A DNA stretch of 64,000 nucleotides from Albugo candida. Lineage: Eukaryota. The first letter of the stretch is position 1; every line of letters begins with the position of its first letter. The stretch spans positions 310,001 to 374,000 of the forward strand of contig JBDOQK010000019.1 in NCBI GenBank assembly GCA_040437565.1, given 5' to 3'. A program made the translations under genes and the position numbers. Of the stretch, positions 9,887 to 23,862 are shown in pieces. Below the pieces are notes generated by a model. It was given only the letters and a program-made list of their open reading frames with translations. It was not told the origin of the DNA and searched no databases.

Positions 9887-12800
9887 CCCTTCTCTTCTCA
9901 GAATAACTGATTAGCCTACCGGTATTAAAGGATTCAAATATACCGACGACGTCAATCGAAGTTATTTATCGTGCTTGGTCGGAATATGCTCATGGTCAAG
10001 CGCACGCTGATGACTTGCTTCTGTTAGTTTCTAAGATCCAGTCCATATCTCTTTCCTTGAAATATTCACACTCAATTATATAGCATACATCCGACGAAGA
10101 ATATTTTGTTTACCGCGTTATGGCAGTTATTCGACCAAATTGTCGATCAAACTCTCGTGTTCGAATTTGTCGTGGTTATATGCAAGGCAGAACCAGCTTA
10201 TTTGTATCTTTAAAGCTGGTCCCATCATTGTCAATGCCGCCTCCTGCCGTTTGTACTGAGAAGGTTAGAATTGCCACACCATTACCTTGCTGCGCATAAA
10301 AGGTCCTACCATTGATTTTGTCCCCGATGCTGCGTGTTTTGAATTTAACTATGAATCAGCATCTTAGTAAAAGCGCTCTCCTTTTTCAGCTTTCACCTAG
10401 CACTGCGTGGATGACGGGCTTTTTTCTAGGAGTGAGTACGTAGCTCCTGCGGCATGTAGGATCAAAGGCGCAATTGGTAACTCCACCTCGGAAATTCCTC
10501 AGCGCAGATAGTCTATATCCTATTGCTGAATTGTGCTGTAGACAACTGCATTAGTGACTATAAAATGCAGATTCATTTTCATCACTGCTTTCTTGCGCTG
10601 TAGAGCGAAACTTTGCGTTCATATCTTCACTCAGCTAATGTCAACGTCGTCTACGCAGCATTCTTAGCTGCCAGATATATACTCAGCTGTTCGTTAACAA
10701 TATTTGATTTGCGGACGTGTGTTGAATTTAGCCGATGTCAAACCCGGGCTAGTGAGACACCTTCAAGCTCTGTAGTTTGAAGCCATGAACTTGACGCGGT
10801 GATTTTATTGGCGAAAAGGAGTACTAAAATGCTGTTGCCGAAATTATTTGCCACGAATCTTAAAGTGATCCGGTGATAAAATCCAAACTTGTTGGCAGTT
10901 TTCTTCTGCCAAGGCAGCACGTACTTTTGCGTCCCTACAATAAATCGACCACGTTTGTCTGATATGTCAGCGCTGCACTTTATCGCTACGCTGACTCAAA
11001 TTTTGCTACTAGTCCCTGTTGATTGTCCAGTAACGCTGCGACAGAATTAAAGGGAGCGCGATGACGACCACAAAAGTAGAAGCAAAAGGTAAGTGTATTG
11101 TTTCTCTTTCACAAAAAAACCTACCGGTTTACCTAAGTACTAAAATGCTGTGTAGTCCATGCATCAATATGCAAAATAAAGCAACGGGTTCCATCTTCAT
11201 CGAACCGAGTTTCCAACAGTCCCGTTTCTCGAATTCATGCGTACTTCCATTTCTCGCATAGAACTTCTTACTGGCTACATTATTTAGTCATTTACAAGTC
11301 GTTCCGTTTTTAGGAAGTATTCTTCCTCCTCTTTTACCTTCATCGCTTGTAAAAATCCACTGACAGACGCAACAGGAAACCTTTGTCAAGCACATTCTCA
11401 TAGTACTGCTAAATCCTTAACTTACAACGCGCGTCCTGAATCGGATCGCGTAAGGAATGAGACGAAAATCCGGCAAACACGACGCTGATGATAAGTATCA
11501 TTAGCATTATATCATTCATCGAGGTACATTCGAACCTGTGGACCGCTCCTATCCGCGTTCAAGAGAGCATTACAAAGGCTATCTCAGGTATCATAGGCAT
11601 GTAAATGGCGACAGTGTCTCCTTTTCGCACACCAAAAAGCACACAAACAGACCTTTTCGCTGTCAGTCGACGCTAAGTGACAATATTATGACAAGCACGT
11701 GTGCATGCTGCACGAATTTCTCGGCCGTGATTGACCACGAAGATGAATGAGTGTTTTCTATTGGTCTTTTGGCGATGATGGTCTTGGAGATGGCGTTCAG
11801 GAGCGCTAAAGCGTTTTTTTTTACTAGTGTTGAGTAAAGGTAGGACTTCGTCTAGGTAGCAGTTTATGGGAAGGCCGAGTCCGCAGATGAATGCTGGGAA
11901 AGAAACAGCAGAATTGGTCCGTATAAAAGTCTCTGTTAAGAGTAGATGGCACAGGCAAGAGGGGTGGAAGGCTGGGGAAAACGATCATGTCAAGCTGATC
12001 TGATGTGAAAGCGAGGCAAAAGTAAGACTGGAAGGCCGCTTGTAGGAGGATTGTTGGGATGGGGAGTCAAGAAGATGAAAAGAAGGGAAATTGTAAAGCG
12101 GGAAGATCCAATGAGAGGGAGGAACAAGAATAAAAATCTGTGCAATAGTCAGCAAATTCGAAGTTACAGGCGCAGCAAAGGGGAGATTATCAAAGGCTAT
12201 GTAAGAAATGTATTAAAAGGTTTGTCTCTCTCACCATTCAGGCTTGGTTCCCCCGCACCATGCCTAGATCCCAACTACATGACGTCACTCCAATTGCAGC
12301 GCTGGATGGGGAATCGGTACCAGCGAGTCCGTCTTCAATGAAATAAAGGAAGCTATCATTTCGCACTAGACGGTCTATTTTTTATGTATTCTGTTGTCAG
12401 CAAAAGGATGACGAACACTTTGCATATTCTAACCAGCTTACTTTCTCTGAATTCGGCTGGAAATAGTTCGCGAGCGTGCGATGTGTAGATTACTACAATC
12501 CGACAGAACTGTTGTAGTGTCTAAAGAGAGTTTCTGTAGTAAGAAAGTTATTACTTAGAACATAAGGTCCATCCTTCCATAGGAGATAACCCTTCCAGCG
12601 AAATCATGGTCGGGACGAAGCATCTCTTATTGCGCTCGATTTTTTCATCAGTAAGGCCTCAATCATATTGAATGTTTTTTACGAATCTCATGTTCCTTCC
12701 TCTGTGTACTTCAGAGTTGATCAAATAGATCTTCTCTTTTCATGTTCGAGCATCAATCCAGGATTGAGTAACCATCGTGCCATGATTTCAGGATTGTTAT

Positions 12801-13146
12801 CGTTGTGCATATAAAGCTGTTCTTTGACCAAGCCGTACGAATCCGACTCAATTTTCGGCTTTTCTGCACGATGCAAAAAATGCCCATGAATTTTTTGATG
12901 TTGACTAAGGCTAGAAAGGAAAATGAGATAGCACATTTTTGTTGAGGGTTTGACGCATGTGAGCTTTTAATTCTTCAATATGTGGTTATTCTCCATAAAG
13001 AAGGTGATTCAGCCTACCGCAGATGAAGTGAATACTTGTGAGGTACCCAGTCTATTGCATTAGATCTGGTGCGATTTTCAATTTAAGCAAGTCACCCTTG
13101 CTCTCGCTGAATGAAACCATGCCATGTCTTCGTATTCCCAATTTGA

Positions 13147-14808
13147 CCAGAAACCAACTCATTCGATGGTTATTATAACTCTCGACCGTACTGGTTGCGT
13201 AATCGATGATTTTGTCACGTCTGTGGAATTACACTATGCACGTGAACATATCAGGAGAGAATATTCCAAGTGTTCATCGATGCAAAAGATAAAACCGATT
13301 TGTGCTTGGTCGAACAAACAAAAGATTTGAAGTACGTTCACCTAATCAGCAAAGCGTTTTTTATATATATTCAATTCCTCCAGCAGTTCGTATCCGATGC
13401 GTCGAAAATTATCCCTACACATTGAACATTTGCTTCGACGGGATGATTGCAATTTATCCAAACTTCCTTTGAACCACAAAAGCCGATAAACATATTCACC
13501 ATCGCACCCTATCAACACTGGAAATTGGCACAATAGAAGATTGCATCTTCTTGGTGGAAGCAAGCATTTGTAATTCGGCATTTAGATGGATTGGAACATT
13601 TCAGATTCAGATTTGAACGTTCTCCAACGCTGTCAGTACAGCATGGACCAACCGATGTGGTTCCGCTTCGAACAAGAATTACATTAAGAGGCTGCTACTC
13701 GTAATCCGAGTACGCAAAACGTTTGGCGCAATCTTGGCATGGTGGACGAGCCACATCGCACATTTCTGTAATCTTTTGCTACAGCTTTCGAGATTCAAGA
13801 CTTTTTTCGAGAAAGCAACACATGGCTCACAAAGGAAGCATTCGTCGACATCTATTACAATGACGAAGAGACGAAAACATCGAATAGATTGAGGAAAAGC
13901 TGCTGAGTCGACTTTACAATGAAGTCANNNNNNNNNNNNNNNNNNNNNNNNNNNNNNNNNNNNNNNNNNNNNNNNNNNNNNNNNNNNNNNNNNNNNNNNN
14001 NNNNNNNNNNNNNNNNNNNNNNNNNNNCCAGAAACCAACTCATTCGATGGTTATTATAACTCTCGACCGTACTGGTTGCGTAATCGATGATTTTGTCACG
14101 TCTGTGGAATTACACTATGCACGTGAACATATCAGGAGAGAATATTCCAAGTGTTCATCGATGCAAAAGATAAAACCGATTTGTGCTTGGTCGAACAAAC
14201 AAAAGATTTGAAGTACGTTCACCTAATCAGCAAAGCGTTTTTTATATATATTCAATTCCTCCAGCAGTTCGTATCCGATGCGTCGAAAATTATCCCTACA
14301 CATTGAACATTTGCTTCGACGGGATGATTGCAATTTATCCAAACTTCCTTTGAACCACAAAAGCCGATAAACATATTCACCATCGCACCCTATCAACACT
14401 GGAAATTGGCACAATAGAAGATTGCATCTTCTTGGTGGAAGCAAGCATTTGTAATTCGGCATTTAGATGGATTGGAACATTTCAGATTCAGATTTGAACG
14501 TTCTCCAACGCTGTCAGTACAGCATGGACCAACCGATGTGGTTCCGCTTCGAACAAGAATTACATTAAGAGGCTGCTACTCGTAATCCGAGTACGCAAAA
14601 CGTTTGGCGCAATCTTGGCATGGTGGACGAGCCACATCGCACATTTCTGTAATCTTTTGCTACAGCTTTCGAGATTCAAGACTTTTTTCGAGAAAGCAAC
14701 ACATGGCTCACAAAGGAAGCATTCGTCGACATCTATTACAATGACGAAGAGACGAAAACATCGAATAGATTGAGGAAAAGCTGCTGAGTCGACTTTACAA
14801 TGAAGTCA
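13147..14808. repeat. Gap-flanking near-exact duplication 13147-13927 / 14028-14808 (probable assembly overlap)
   Basis: Same ~780 bp on both sides of the 100-N gap, with identical ORFs 13342-13581 and 14223-14462. Confidence 0.9.
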
Positions 14809-16019
14809 TCATCATAAATTACAACGTATCCTCTTGACAATTGGTCTCGTTACTTGATCCAACCAAACACAAGTGGCAGATCGTTTCATATGGGAGTGCA
14901 CAGTAAAGAAAGATCGCATTATTTCCTATCTTCTTTAACGTCGTCAACTCTTAAGAATCACTTGTAAATCTGCCGAAACAACTAAGGGTCATCCGATGTG
15001 TACATTGGTCATCGCGGGATCGGTCAACGCAATGGATTCAGAACGAGTTGGAACATTTATGGCTACATCACGGCAACTTCAAAAACGTGTATTACCAATT
15101 TTCGAAAATTCACAGTTTCGTCTATTCTTTCGGATGTTGCCAATTTGATCTCGTTTTTAAATATTGAAAGATATTCATCCAACATTATATTGTGCACCCA
15201 GCCTTCGTGTGAGGCATCGGAATCCGATCAACAACTCATTCTCGAGTGCTATCACAAGGCACAATTATGGAGGGATGTACTTCCTTCTTGGGATCAGTTC
15301 GTCTCATCTAGACCACGCTGGACATATATTTCATGCGCAATTGTAGAAGCACTACGACATGCATGGAATTATCAGCAAAACAAATAATGTCCGAGTTATG
15401 GCTTGCAACGCAGGCGGTGGCTGTGCCTTCGTCTGGATCGATCATAGTCGTCATTTGTTCTATCAGGGATTAGCAAGTCTGATAGGTTCTGCACATTCCC
15501 TGATCTACATCGCGTTTAATGCGTACGTTCGGTACTTCAAAGACAGTGTTACGATCAAGACGAACGAATTCGGCTTGTAGAGAGGCTCCAGATACCCCAT
15601 TCTCCATAGTGAGCAACCATGCAGCAACGATCGCAGGATTTTCAACTAGAGTATGTTGAACGTTTGCATAAGTGCTTTCAGACGAAGGAATAAGCGTCGT
15701 TAGCTGCGAAAGGATCATTGGTGTGGGCACGGTACCGGCAAGTAAAAATGCAAGTGCAACTCCGATACTAGTCCTAGTTGGTAGGCTCTGTTCAGGCTAG
15801 TGTGGCGGACACCCATTCGCAAATTTTATAAGCTGGACACAGTCTGGTATTGTAGTGGTCTAAGACTACCGCAACAAAGGACTATGAACGAGAAAATATA
15901 AATAACATCTTTCCAGACACTGCCATAAAACGTACTTTATATGTATCGTTGTTATTTAAGATAGCCTAGGCAACTAGAGAAGTCACTTAGTCTAATTCTA
16001 GTAATATAAACACCTTCAA

Positions 16020-16295
16020 CTGGTCAGTTTCTTGCTTCATGAAGCGATGTAGGCTGGTCCGAATCCCGGCGGTGGCAAATGGGTAGCGGTGGCGCCTCCT
16101 GCAGAAATAGAGTTTCGTTCATGTAAATATCAACCTACTCATTGAAGCTACGAAATACCAAAAAGAACGCTGGAAACTACACCCAGAGAACAACGCCCAG
16201 GAGCTGGGCCAGGTTCTTTAGAGCGTTCTATACTAGTGATATCTAGCCACCAAATTGTAGTAACCAGAGGTTTCTTATATAAGATGACACCCTTA
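16020..16295 (+). mobile_element. tRNA-headed SINE-like repeat, diverged copy
   Basis: 'ggtccgaatcccggcggtggcaaa...gtaaatatcaacctactca...actacac(c)cagaga...agagcgtt.tatactagtgat...ccaccaaa.tgtagtaac...acaccctta' is colinear with the reverse complement of 63738-64000. Confidence 0.6.
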
Positions 16296-17274
16296 CCTAA
16301 GATCTACCAAGTGGGCTATAGGAGACTTTACACTTTGATGCTATCAGCTTCGTCATCAATAGGCTACTACTAGCCCGCCTATTCAGTAAATAGCTCGAAA
16401 ACAATAGTACAAGTCGAAATATCGACACAACCGTGGGTCTTAGCTTCTACTTGTGATGCCGGGGTGACCCTGCAAACCAATCCGGGATTGAGTGATTGTA
16501 TGATGATTGGTTAGTCGTCAACTTTGTGTGAGAAATACCCCACTCCTTGTTTGACGGTGCAAGTGGTGCATGTATTACATGCGATACCAATCCTCCCTTG
16601 TTACAGGGTAGTAAATAGGCAACTGCGGATGTCGCGGAGCAAAACGTCCCACTAAGGCAGAACTCATCAACTCGCAAAGATTCCATGCGCGAAGAGAAAG
16701 CTAGAGCAAAGAGTAATGAGGCGCGGAGATTCACAAAGCTAAAAGCCTCGGATATTGCTGCAATATTGGAGCTTTACCCCTCAGAGTATCCGAATTGGTC
16801 CACTGCTTTCCGGAAACGGGTCAGGCTTGCATTTCAAATAGAAAATCATTGATCTCTCTCCTCCGGAATCAAAGCAACCCGATGTTCCAGTCTCTCCTGG
16901 ATAGCCATCATATTGGACAGATGTCCAAGCTTCCAGCATGGAACGTGTGACTGTTGGTCAAATCCACGGATGCGTGTGAACAACTGGAATGCCGTTCGGG
17001 CACCGTTCTTGTGAACCCCTCTTCAAAGAGTACGACAACTTGGAACTCCGTGATAGACCACCGTAGGGGTTTCATTACCTCGTATTCAAGATCAGTATCA
17101 AGTTGGTTCGGAGAATAACGAAGGAAGGAAGGAGTTCGGAATTCAGCACTCCACCCAATATCACACCAATGGAATACTCAACAGTTCTTCCTGGACAACT
17201 TCCCTTATCCAGCTCGAGGAAATCGTATGAACACCCCGCTTGGACTATGGCGATATGATTATGCAGCTGGTTCG

Positions 17275-17661
17275 AGATGATACTATTGAATAGACAAGAT
17301 TTCTTCCCACTTACAGTATGTCAAGAGCTGAATTCTCACCAGTTAATTGCCATTTTGCAAATATGATGCGACATAGTTTGCGTTTTGCGTATCTGATCTC
17401 GCAATTGAATCACACGCTCAGACTCGCTATGACTTACGCCCATGTCGTATATTACATGCTTCAATAGGAGAGGACAACCGTCGCCTCCAAATAACACGAA
17501 AGTAAACAAATTATGACGAAATTTTCAATCACACAAACATTGAAACATCATGGAACTATTTCAGATTGAGAAGTTGACGCAAAATCGGCAACTTGCAACC
17601 TCTCTTTGTTGATGTCTCATAGTAAGCTCAAAAGATGTGAGTACGTCGTCTTCATCTGTCT
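17275..17661 (+). repeat. ~388-bp direct repeat, left copy, flanking the Gypsy remnant
   Basis: Diverged copy of 21289-21676 (agatgatactatt...cagtatgtcaagagctgaattct...gagtacgtcgtcttcat.tgtct). Not associated with a gap. Confidence 0.85.
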
Positions 17662-20600
17662 TTGCTTACAGTGTCATGTGCTTCATAGATGATTCGATAT
17701 TTTAACTACTCATCATGAGAAACAACGATACGAGGATTATCCTCCATACCCTTGCAGTAGCACAACAGGGCTTGATCGACGGAATATCGATGTAGCCTTG
17801 CACGTAAGCGTGCCGAAAATTCTTTTTCTGAGTATTTAAAGTACTCGCTTTCAAGCGCACGTAGCAACGCTACACACAGTTCGTCGTTGGCATAAGCCCC
17901 AGGAATTAAGTCAGTGACTGAAGACGACAGTTGCGTAACATGAGAAAGCCCATAGTGAGGCCGGCGGTACAACGCATCAGCCAAAGCATTCTGCTTGCCA
18001 GGCTTATGCTTCATCTCGAAGTTGTATTCGGCAAAGAATGAGAGCCAACGAGCCAATATCTGAGAGAGATGAGGCAACTGAGTCGCAGTGCGTAATGACG
18101 CATGATCCGTGTAAATCACATTAGGCTTGGAGAGTAGCAGCTGAACTCTATATTTGACTAGAGCCTACTTCATTGCAAGTAAGTCTTTGTCATGAACCGG
18201 TTAGTTCTTCTTTGCAGCCTTGAGTTGGCTGGTTTCATACGGGATAATGCGTTCATGACCATCAGTATCTACTTGGAGTAGAGCACAACCGATGGCAAAG
18301 TCAGATGCATGACAGACAACACTGAATGGCCGCTCTGGGTCTGGCAAAGCCAACACGGGGGTCTGAAGGAGACTCTTCTTAACTGCTTCAAAAGCAGCGC
18401 TCTGTGTGCTAGTCCAGCACCATTCCACATCCTTTTTAAGGAGATCAGACAACAGCCGAGCCATATCAGCGTAATTCTCTGTGTACTTATGCAAGTAGTT
18501 GGCGAGCCCAAGCCACTTCCGCAAATTCTTTGGTTCTTAAGAACCGGCCAATCGACTATGGCTTTCACCTTAGGGGGATCCGATCTAAGGCCTCTCTTCC
18601 CGATGAAGCACCCTTAGAAGGGAATCTCTTGCGCACCAAAGATGCATTTCGAGGTGTTGGCAAACGACTTGTTCGTGCGCATGCACCCGAGGACACCTCG
18701 TAAATGGTCAACGTGATTTTCCACATCAGACCGACCGTTCTTGGCACGACTATGGACAAAGATGTCATCAAAGTATGTTAGCGCGTAACCTCGATGAGGT
18801 CGGAACAGTTGCGTCACCAGACGATTGAACGTAGCCGGAGCATTGAATAGCCCTTGGGGCATGACAAGCCACTCCCATAACATACCATTCGGAGTACTAA
18901 CTGCGGTGAGTGGTATGTCACCAGCTCGCATGCGCAATTGGTATTAACCATCGACTAAGTCAAGTGCACTGAACATGGTACACCCTACTATAGCGTTCTG
19001 AAGCATATCCTTTCTAGGAATTGGCGTCGGAGCCGGAATGGTGGCTGCATTTAGCTTATTATAAGCGTGGACAATGCACTACTTTCCATTGGGCTTTCTG
19101 ACACAAAATGTTGGCGTGGAATGAGGAGATTTACTCTCACGCACCATTCCAGCCGCGTGTTTTGCACGAAGAGTCGTCAATAACGTCACACTGTTCCTTG
19201 GGTAAAGGCCACTGCCGTGCAACGCGGTATTTAGTTCCCGGCATCAAGTCAATTTCATGACGAGCACCTCTATCAGAAGGTAAGAGGGAAGGAGCAAATC
19301 TGACATACCACGTCTTGAAATTCCTTAACCAAAGGATNNNNNNNNNNNNNNNNNNNNNNNNNNNNNNNNNNNNNNNNNNNNNNNNNNNNNNNNNNNNNNN
19401 NNNNNNNNNNNNNNNNNNNNNNNNNNNNNNNNNNNNNCAATAACGTCACACTGTTCCTTGGGTAAAGGCCACTGCCGTGCAACGCGGTATTTAGTTCCCG
19501 GCATCAAGTCAATTTCATGACGAGCACCTCTATCAGAAGGTAAGAGGGAAGGAGCAAATCTGACATACCACGTCTTGAAATTCCTTAACCAAAGGATGGT
19601 ACGGATCCATAGGATCTTTCAGGATCGCTGATCCACTACGGGCACTAAGTGCTAAATTCTTGCCCTCAGGAACGGATTCGTCCATTAAGAGGATGAGTTC
19701 AACTTAACATCGGGTCGAATGACGACTAACTCGGATAAGTCGCCATCCTTCAAGTCATGTCCGAACTCATAATGAGACATTTCGTCTTGCTCTAGGATAG
19801 CTTTCAATGATGTGAGAGCCATAAGGTCAACTTGAACATCAACTAAACCAGTCACTCATTCACAATTGTGTACTGCTGCTCGCTGGTATCACCCTGTGAC
19901 ATAACAGACGCTTTGCTTCTCGCAATCGCCATCTGGCGCCGTTGCCGTGTCTCTTTGGAGACCATACACTTCATAGAGGCTGGAACATCCGTGTTCCCAA
20001 GGGCAGGTTGTTCTGCAACCTTACTTTGCTCTATACGAGAGCCGATGCCCCGACCGACATCCAATGAAGAGTCAGATAACTCGAGCTCATCATCCAGTGG
20101 CGAACGGTGGGGTCAAAGTCGAACTTGCAGGTTGTGGTAATCAGACTCCTTCTCTCGGGTGCAATTGGATCGTACATTTGGAATTGGATCAATTCGATCG
20201 AATGTGTAATTGAGTCACAGATAACAACTGCTGAAAATGAAGTCATTTCTTTCAAAAGCAAGTGCGTGGGAACGATGAGATCGTCAAACGCGGAACATTA
20301 CCGAGTCCGAGAGATGTTTCGCGCCTTTCCGGATTGCCAAATCAACACAAGTGTTCCCTGAACCTGTAAAACATGAATTAGCACACTATTTAGGAGAGAA
20401 TTGTCTCATGCTGTACCTGGAATTTTATCAAAGTTTCGTGTTCAATTGACAGGAAACAATATCATCGATGAGAATGTGTACCTCAGCCTTATTTACGTGT
20501 CTTTACACTCTCAACCTCAGCATCCGGGTCTTCTTTCCATAGGAAATGTGTCACTCCACGTGCATCAAACGGGCATAACACTGGATGCCTTGGCTTCTCG

Positions 20601-21288
20601 CCAACAATGTCATTAACGACATTCAGTGTGGTGCCATCTCGGCCAACCTCACTCTGTGGAATTTTACGGCCACTATGTTTGCCAAGCTTACTTCATTCAG
20701 TGGGAGAATACCTTGTGATCTTGCTTCCAAGCTGTTCACAAAACCCCCAAGACTTGCTTCATAGATGGTATGTCTCATTCTTAACAAATATTCAAATTCA
20801 CGGATTTTCCTATTTTCCAACTTTTCGAACAAGTCTGGGAAACCTTCTTTTGAGAAAGTGTTTAAGTACTTCTGTACGGCTTTGTCTGCTGGCGAACTGA
20901 AGAGTACAGTGGCACGATGGCTATTTGCCAGAGGAAGCTATCTGCTCAACGAGCAATTTAGTTCTTTGAATGAACTAGACTCAACGAGTCAACAAAGCTT
21001 TAAAGCTTAGGGTTCTTGTTCAAGGGACATAACGATTCCGGGAATCGACAACACAGCACAAAGTGCACAAGATCTGGGACGCCTGAAGCAGGCACGTGTC
21101 TCTAACTGATCTAAAGGGAGATTGTTCTTTATTTTTATCTCGTAGAGTACCTTACGCTAAACGTACCGAACCTCGGTACCAGCATTCGGTGGCTGACACG
21201 CGTTAGCTCCTGTAGCGAATAACCCAAAGCGTCCCAAATGTGTAACACACTGCATAACGGTTACTAACCGATGTGTTCGCCTGTTACA
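17662..21288 (-). mobile_element. Truncated, degenerate Ty3/Gypsy LTR retrotransposon (partial 5' LTR, protease, RT, RNase H, start of integrase)
   Basis: RT WLVMPQGLFNAPATF...YFDDIFVHS; LGLANY; RNase H VCHASDFAIG and IYTDHASL...RWLSFFAEYNF; integrase start RIIYEAHD at ~17680; protease-like VRLA-DGTT at ~20630. RT-RH-IN order is Gypsy. Multiple stops and frameshifts; gag not seen. Confidence 0.92.
20925..21288 (-). repeat. LTR of the Gypsy element (starts TGTAAC on minus strand; far end truncated)
   Basis: Homologous to the TG...CA-bounded LTR at 59026-59856. Confidence 0.85.
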
Positions 21289-21676
21289 AGATGATACTAT
21301 TAAAACGACAAGATGTCGTCCCACTCAGTATGTCAAGAGCTGAATTCTTACCAGTTGATTGCCATTTTGCAAACTTGATGCGACATAGTTTGCGTTTTGC
21401 GTATCTGATCTCGCAATTGACTCACACGCTCAGACTCGCAATGACTTACGCCACATGTCGTATATTACATGCTTTAATAACGAGAGGACAACTGTCGCCT
21501 CCAAAGAACACGAAAGTAAACAAATTATGACGAAATTTTCACTCACACAAACATTGAAACATCATGAAACTATTTCAGATTGAGAAGTTAGCGCAAAATC
21601 GGCAACTTGCAAACCTCTCTTTGTTGATGTCTCATAGTAAGCTCAACAGATGTGAGTACGTCGTCTTCATTTGTCT
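21289..21676 (+). repeat. ~388-bp direct repeat, right copy, abutting the LTR terminus
   Basis: Begins at the base immediately after ...tgttaca and matches 17275-17661. Confidence 0.85.
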
Positions 21677-22619
21677 CTGATCTTGGCTAGCCGTTTTATC
21701 TTTTTATCTTTTTTCTACGCGGTAGCCGCTGCGCTCGGATGTCTCGAGTGCAATGCTCTTATCAGTATTTCTGTGTCGGTACCCGTGTACAAATGCATAA
21801 AGTGAATGTAAACATAAAAGATCACATAGTAAGCACTCATCTGTTCATGTAACTTGGATCGTGTGCACATAAACCCAGATATTTTCTCCCTGGCACCGCA
21901 TGCCGTCTATAACGTCGTAGGTGCGCCATATTTTAGGAGAGCACGTAAGTAGTATAGCTGATGTCATGCAGGTGTGCTTTGTCGGCCGCTTAAGCCAAGC
22001 GACTCGTTCAACCAGCTAAAGGAAGCGCACCAAAGGATGAAAACAAGCTCATGCCTCAACTAAGCGCTTTTTGTGTGCAATCCAGTCGGCCTACGTGTAC
22101 GCGCTTGATTTTACGGACACTACAGTTCAAATCAGCTTGTCTTTGGCCTTTGCTGCACTTCCGTTCCTGGTACGACGAATCGGTCAATGTGACGTCCTTG
22201 TTTTTCTGCTGTCGTTCGCTGGCTGCCGTGGCGATTTCTTGTCTGCGGATGCAAAATCACCTACAAGGCCTTCACAAATCACTAAAAGATTGCTGCACAG
22301 CCACGGTAGTCGCTCCAGGAGGCAACTTTCGGCTCAAAGAGTCAGAATATCGTTCCAATCTTTGATCGAAAACTGTGCATTCTTAGGAAACTTTGTCTTT
22401 CAGCCATAATGGCAAATTTAGCACAAGGGCTGATGTCACAAATTGACTTTTTCTATAGGTATGTGAATGAGGTCAATCTCTTTGCGCCGCAATTGAATCC
22501 CAGTATCTCGAGCACTTGACAGGCTACAGTTCACACATTTCGCTACGAAGTGAGAGATGTTCCTGTTCATAATCAATGTACAGACGAAAACACTTCGCGG
22601 CCGAAAATGTCATTGTGGT

Positions 22620-23369
22620 GTTATCACACCTGTACATATTTTCAGGAGCCGCAGCTAGCTCGAAAACGCATTAATCGATTAGAAGTGGGTGATGGAGTTA
22701 GCAAACGCACAAAAACAAACAGAAAATATTGACGATTTATGGTGAGAACAATTCACACAGGCTTTTACATGTTTCCTTGGAAGGAGAGATCCAATTGCAG
22801 CCGATGACGACCTGGTACAAGATGGAGAAACGTCTGCGCTAGTTTCCAAGAAGGCTTTATCTTCACTCGATTTGAGCAGGGGGTCACTTGACCGTGGCAT
22901 TGGCGCTCAGGCTCAATTCAGTTTGTCGGTGCTGAATGGGCAGATTGAATATCTTTTAAATTGTGGGTATTTGACGGAGACAGATGCGTATGAGCTGGAG
23001 ACATTATTGGACTCGAACGATCCCACTATGCAGCTTTCGGCACGTCGAACGGTGGCGGGGATGTTTGAAGCTTATAATGAGAGTCAAGCTGGTGTCGGCG
23101 ACAATAGCGGAATTGATGAAGCCCTCAGCGCACCAAAGCAGTCCACTACATCTCGCAAGCCAATTTTGAAAAGAAAGCAACAAGAACGTTCTGAGCTTGA
23201 GAGCATAAACAATGAACAAGAGCAGCTAAATGTACTGTGTTCATTGCTCTCCACGGATGGAATACGGCGTTTCCTACAAGACCACGGTATTGATGCTTCA
23301 ACTTGTGCATCCTCCGAAAACCATGAGGATCTGCATTGTCTTGCTTTGAAAGAAGCAATATCACCGTAG
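22620..23369 (+). pseudogene. Inverted partial duplicate of the 3' end of the lipase-DnaJ gene
   Basis: ORF 22872-23369 nearly matches the C-terminus of 5747-9886. Upstream there is a ~220-bp deletion of the EF-hand region (RINRLE joined to MELANAQKQTEN) and a TGG>TGA change in DLWW. Confidence 0.85.
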
Positions 23370-23862
23370 CCGTCTTTGTTGTCGATGCTTCGTCTTGCAT
23401 GATGGACATGAGAACGAGAAATCTCGCTCGAAAAGCTTCGCTCGAGTAATTTTCGTCCGCCAATCTCTAGCTGACATTTCTGTANNNNNNNNNNNNNNNN
23501 NNNNNNNNNNNNNNNNNNNNNNNNNNNNNNNNNNNNNNNNNNNNNNNNNNNNNNNNNNNNNNNNNNNNNNNNNNNNNNNNNNNNTTGATGCTTCAACTTG
23601 TGCATCCTCCGAAAACCATGAGGATCTGCATTGTCTTGCTTTGATAGAAGCAATATCACCGTAGCCGTCTTTGTTGTCGATGCTTCGTCTTGCATGATGG
23701 ACATGAGAACGAGAAATCTCGCTCGAAAAGCTTCGCTCGAGTAATTTTCGTCCGCCAATCTCTAGCTGACATTTCTGTAGTAGCTCGTTTTGATTATATC
23801 GTAATCTGTGGAAAAATGTATTGCTCACAAGGCTTGATCTTTATTATATTCGAAAGCTTCTA

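Noticed and set aside
10186-11420. Possible multi-exon minus-strand gene
   Set aside because: Plausible splice signals, but no consistent model or recognisable product.
12400-15600. Short ORFs, including 14998-15387
   Set aside because: No motifs and all frames interrupted; possibly decayed genes but unsupported.
15851-16020. Solo LTR followed by a PBS-like TGG
   Set aside because: No second copy, no CA terminus and no TSD identified.
16020-16080. Functional tRNA gene
   Set aside because: No complete cloverleaf, B box mutated (GGTCCGAATCC), and embedded in a longer shared repeat.
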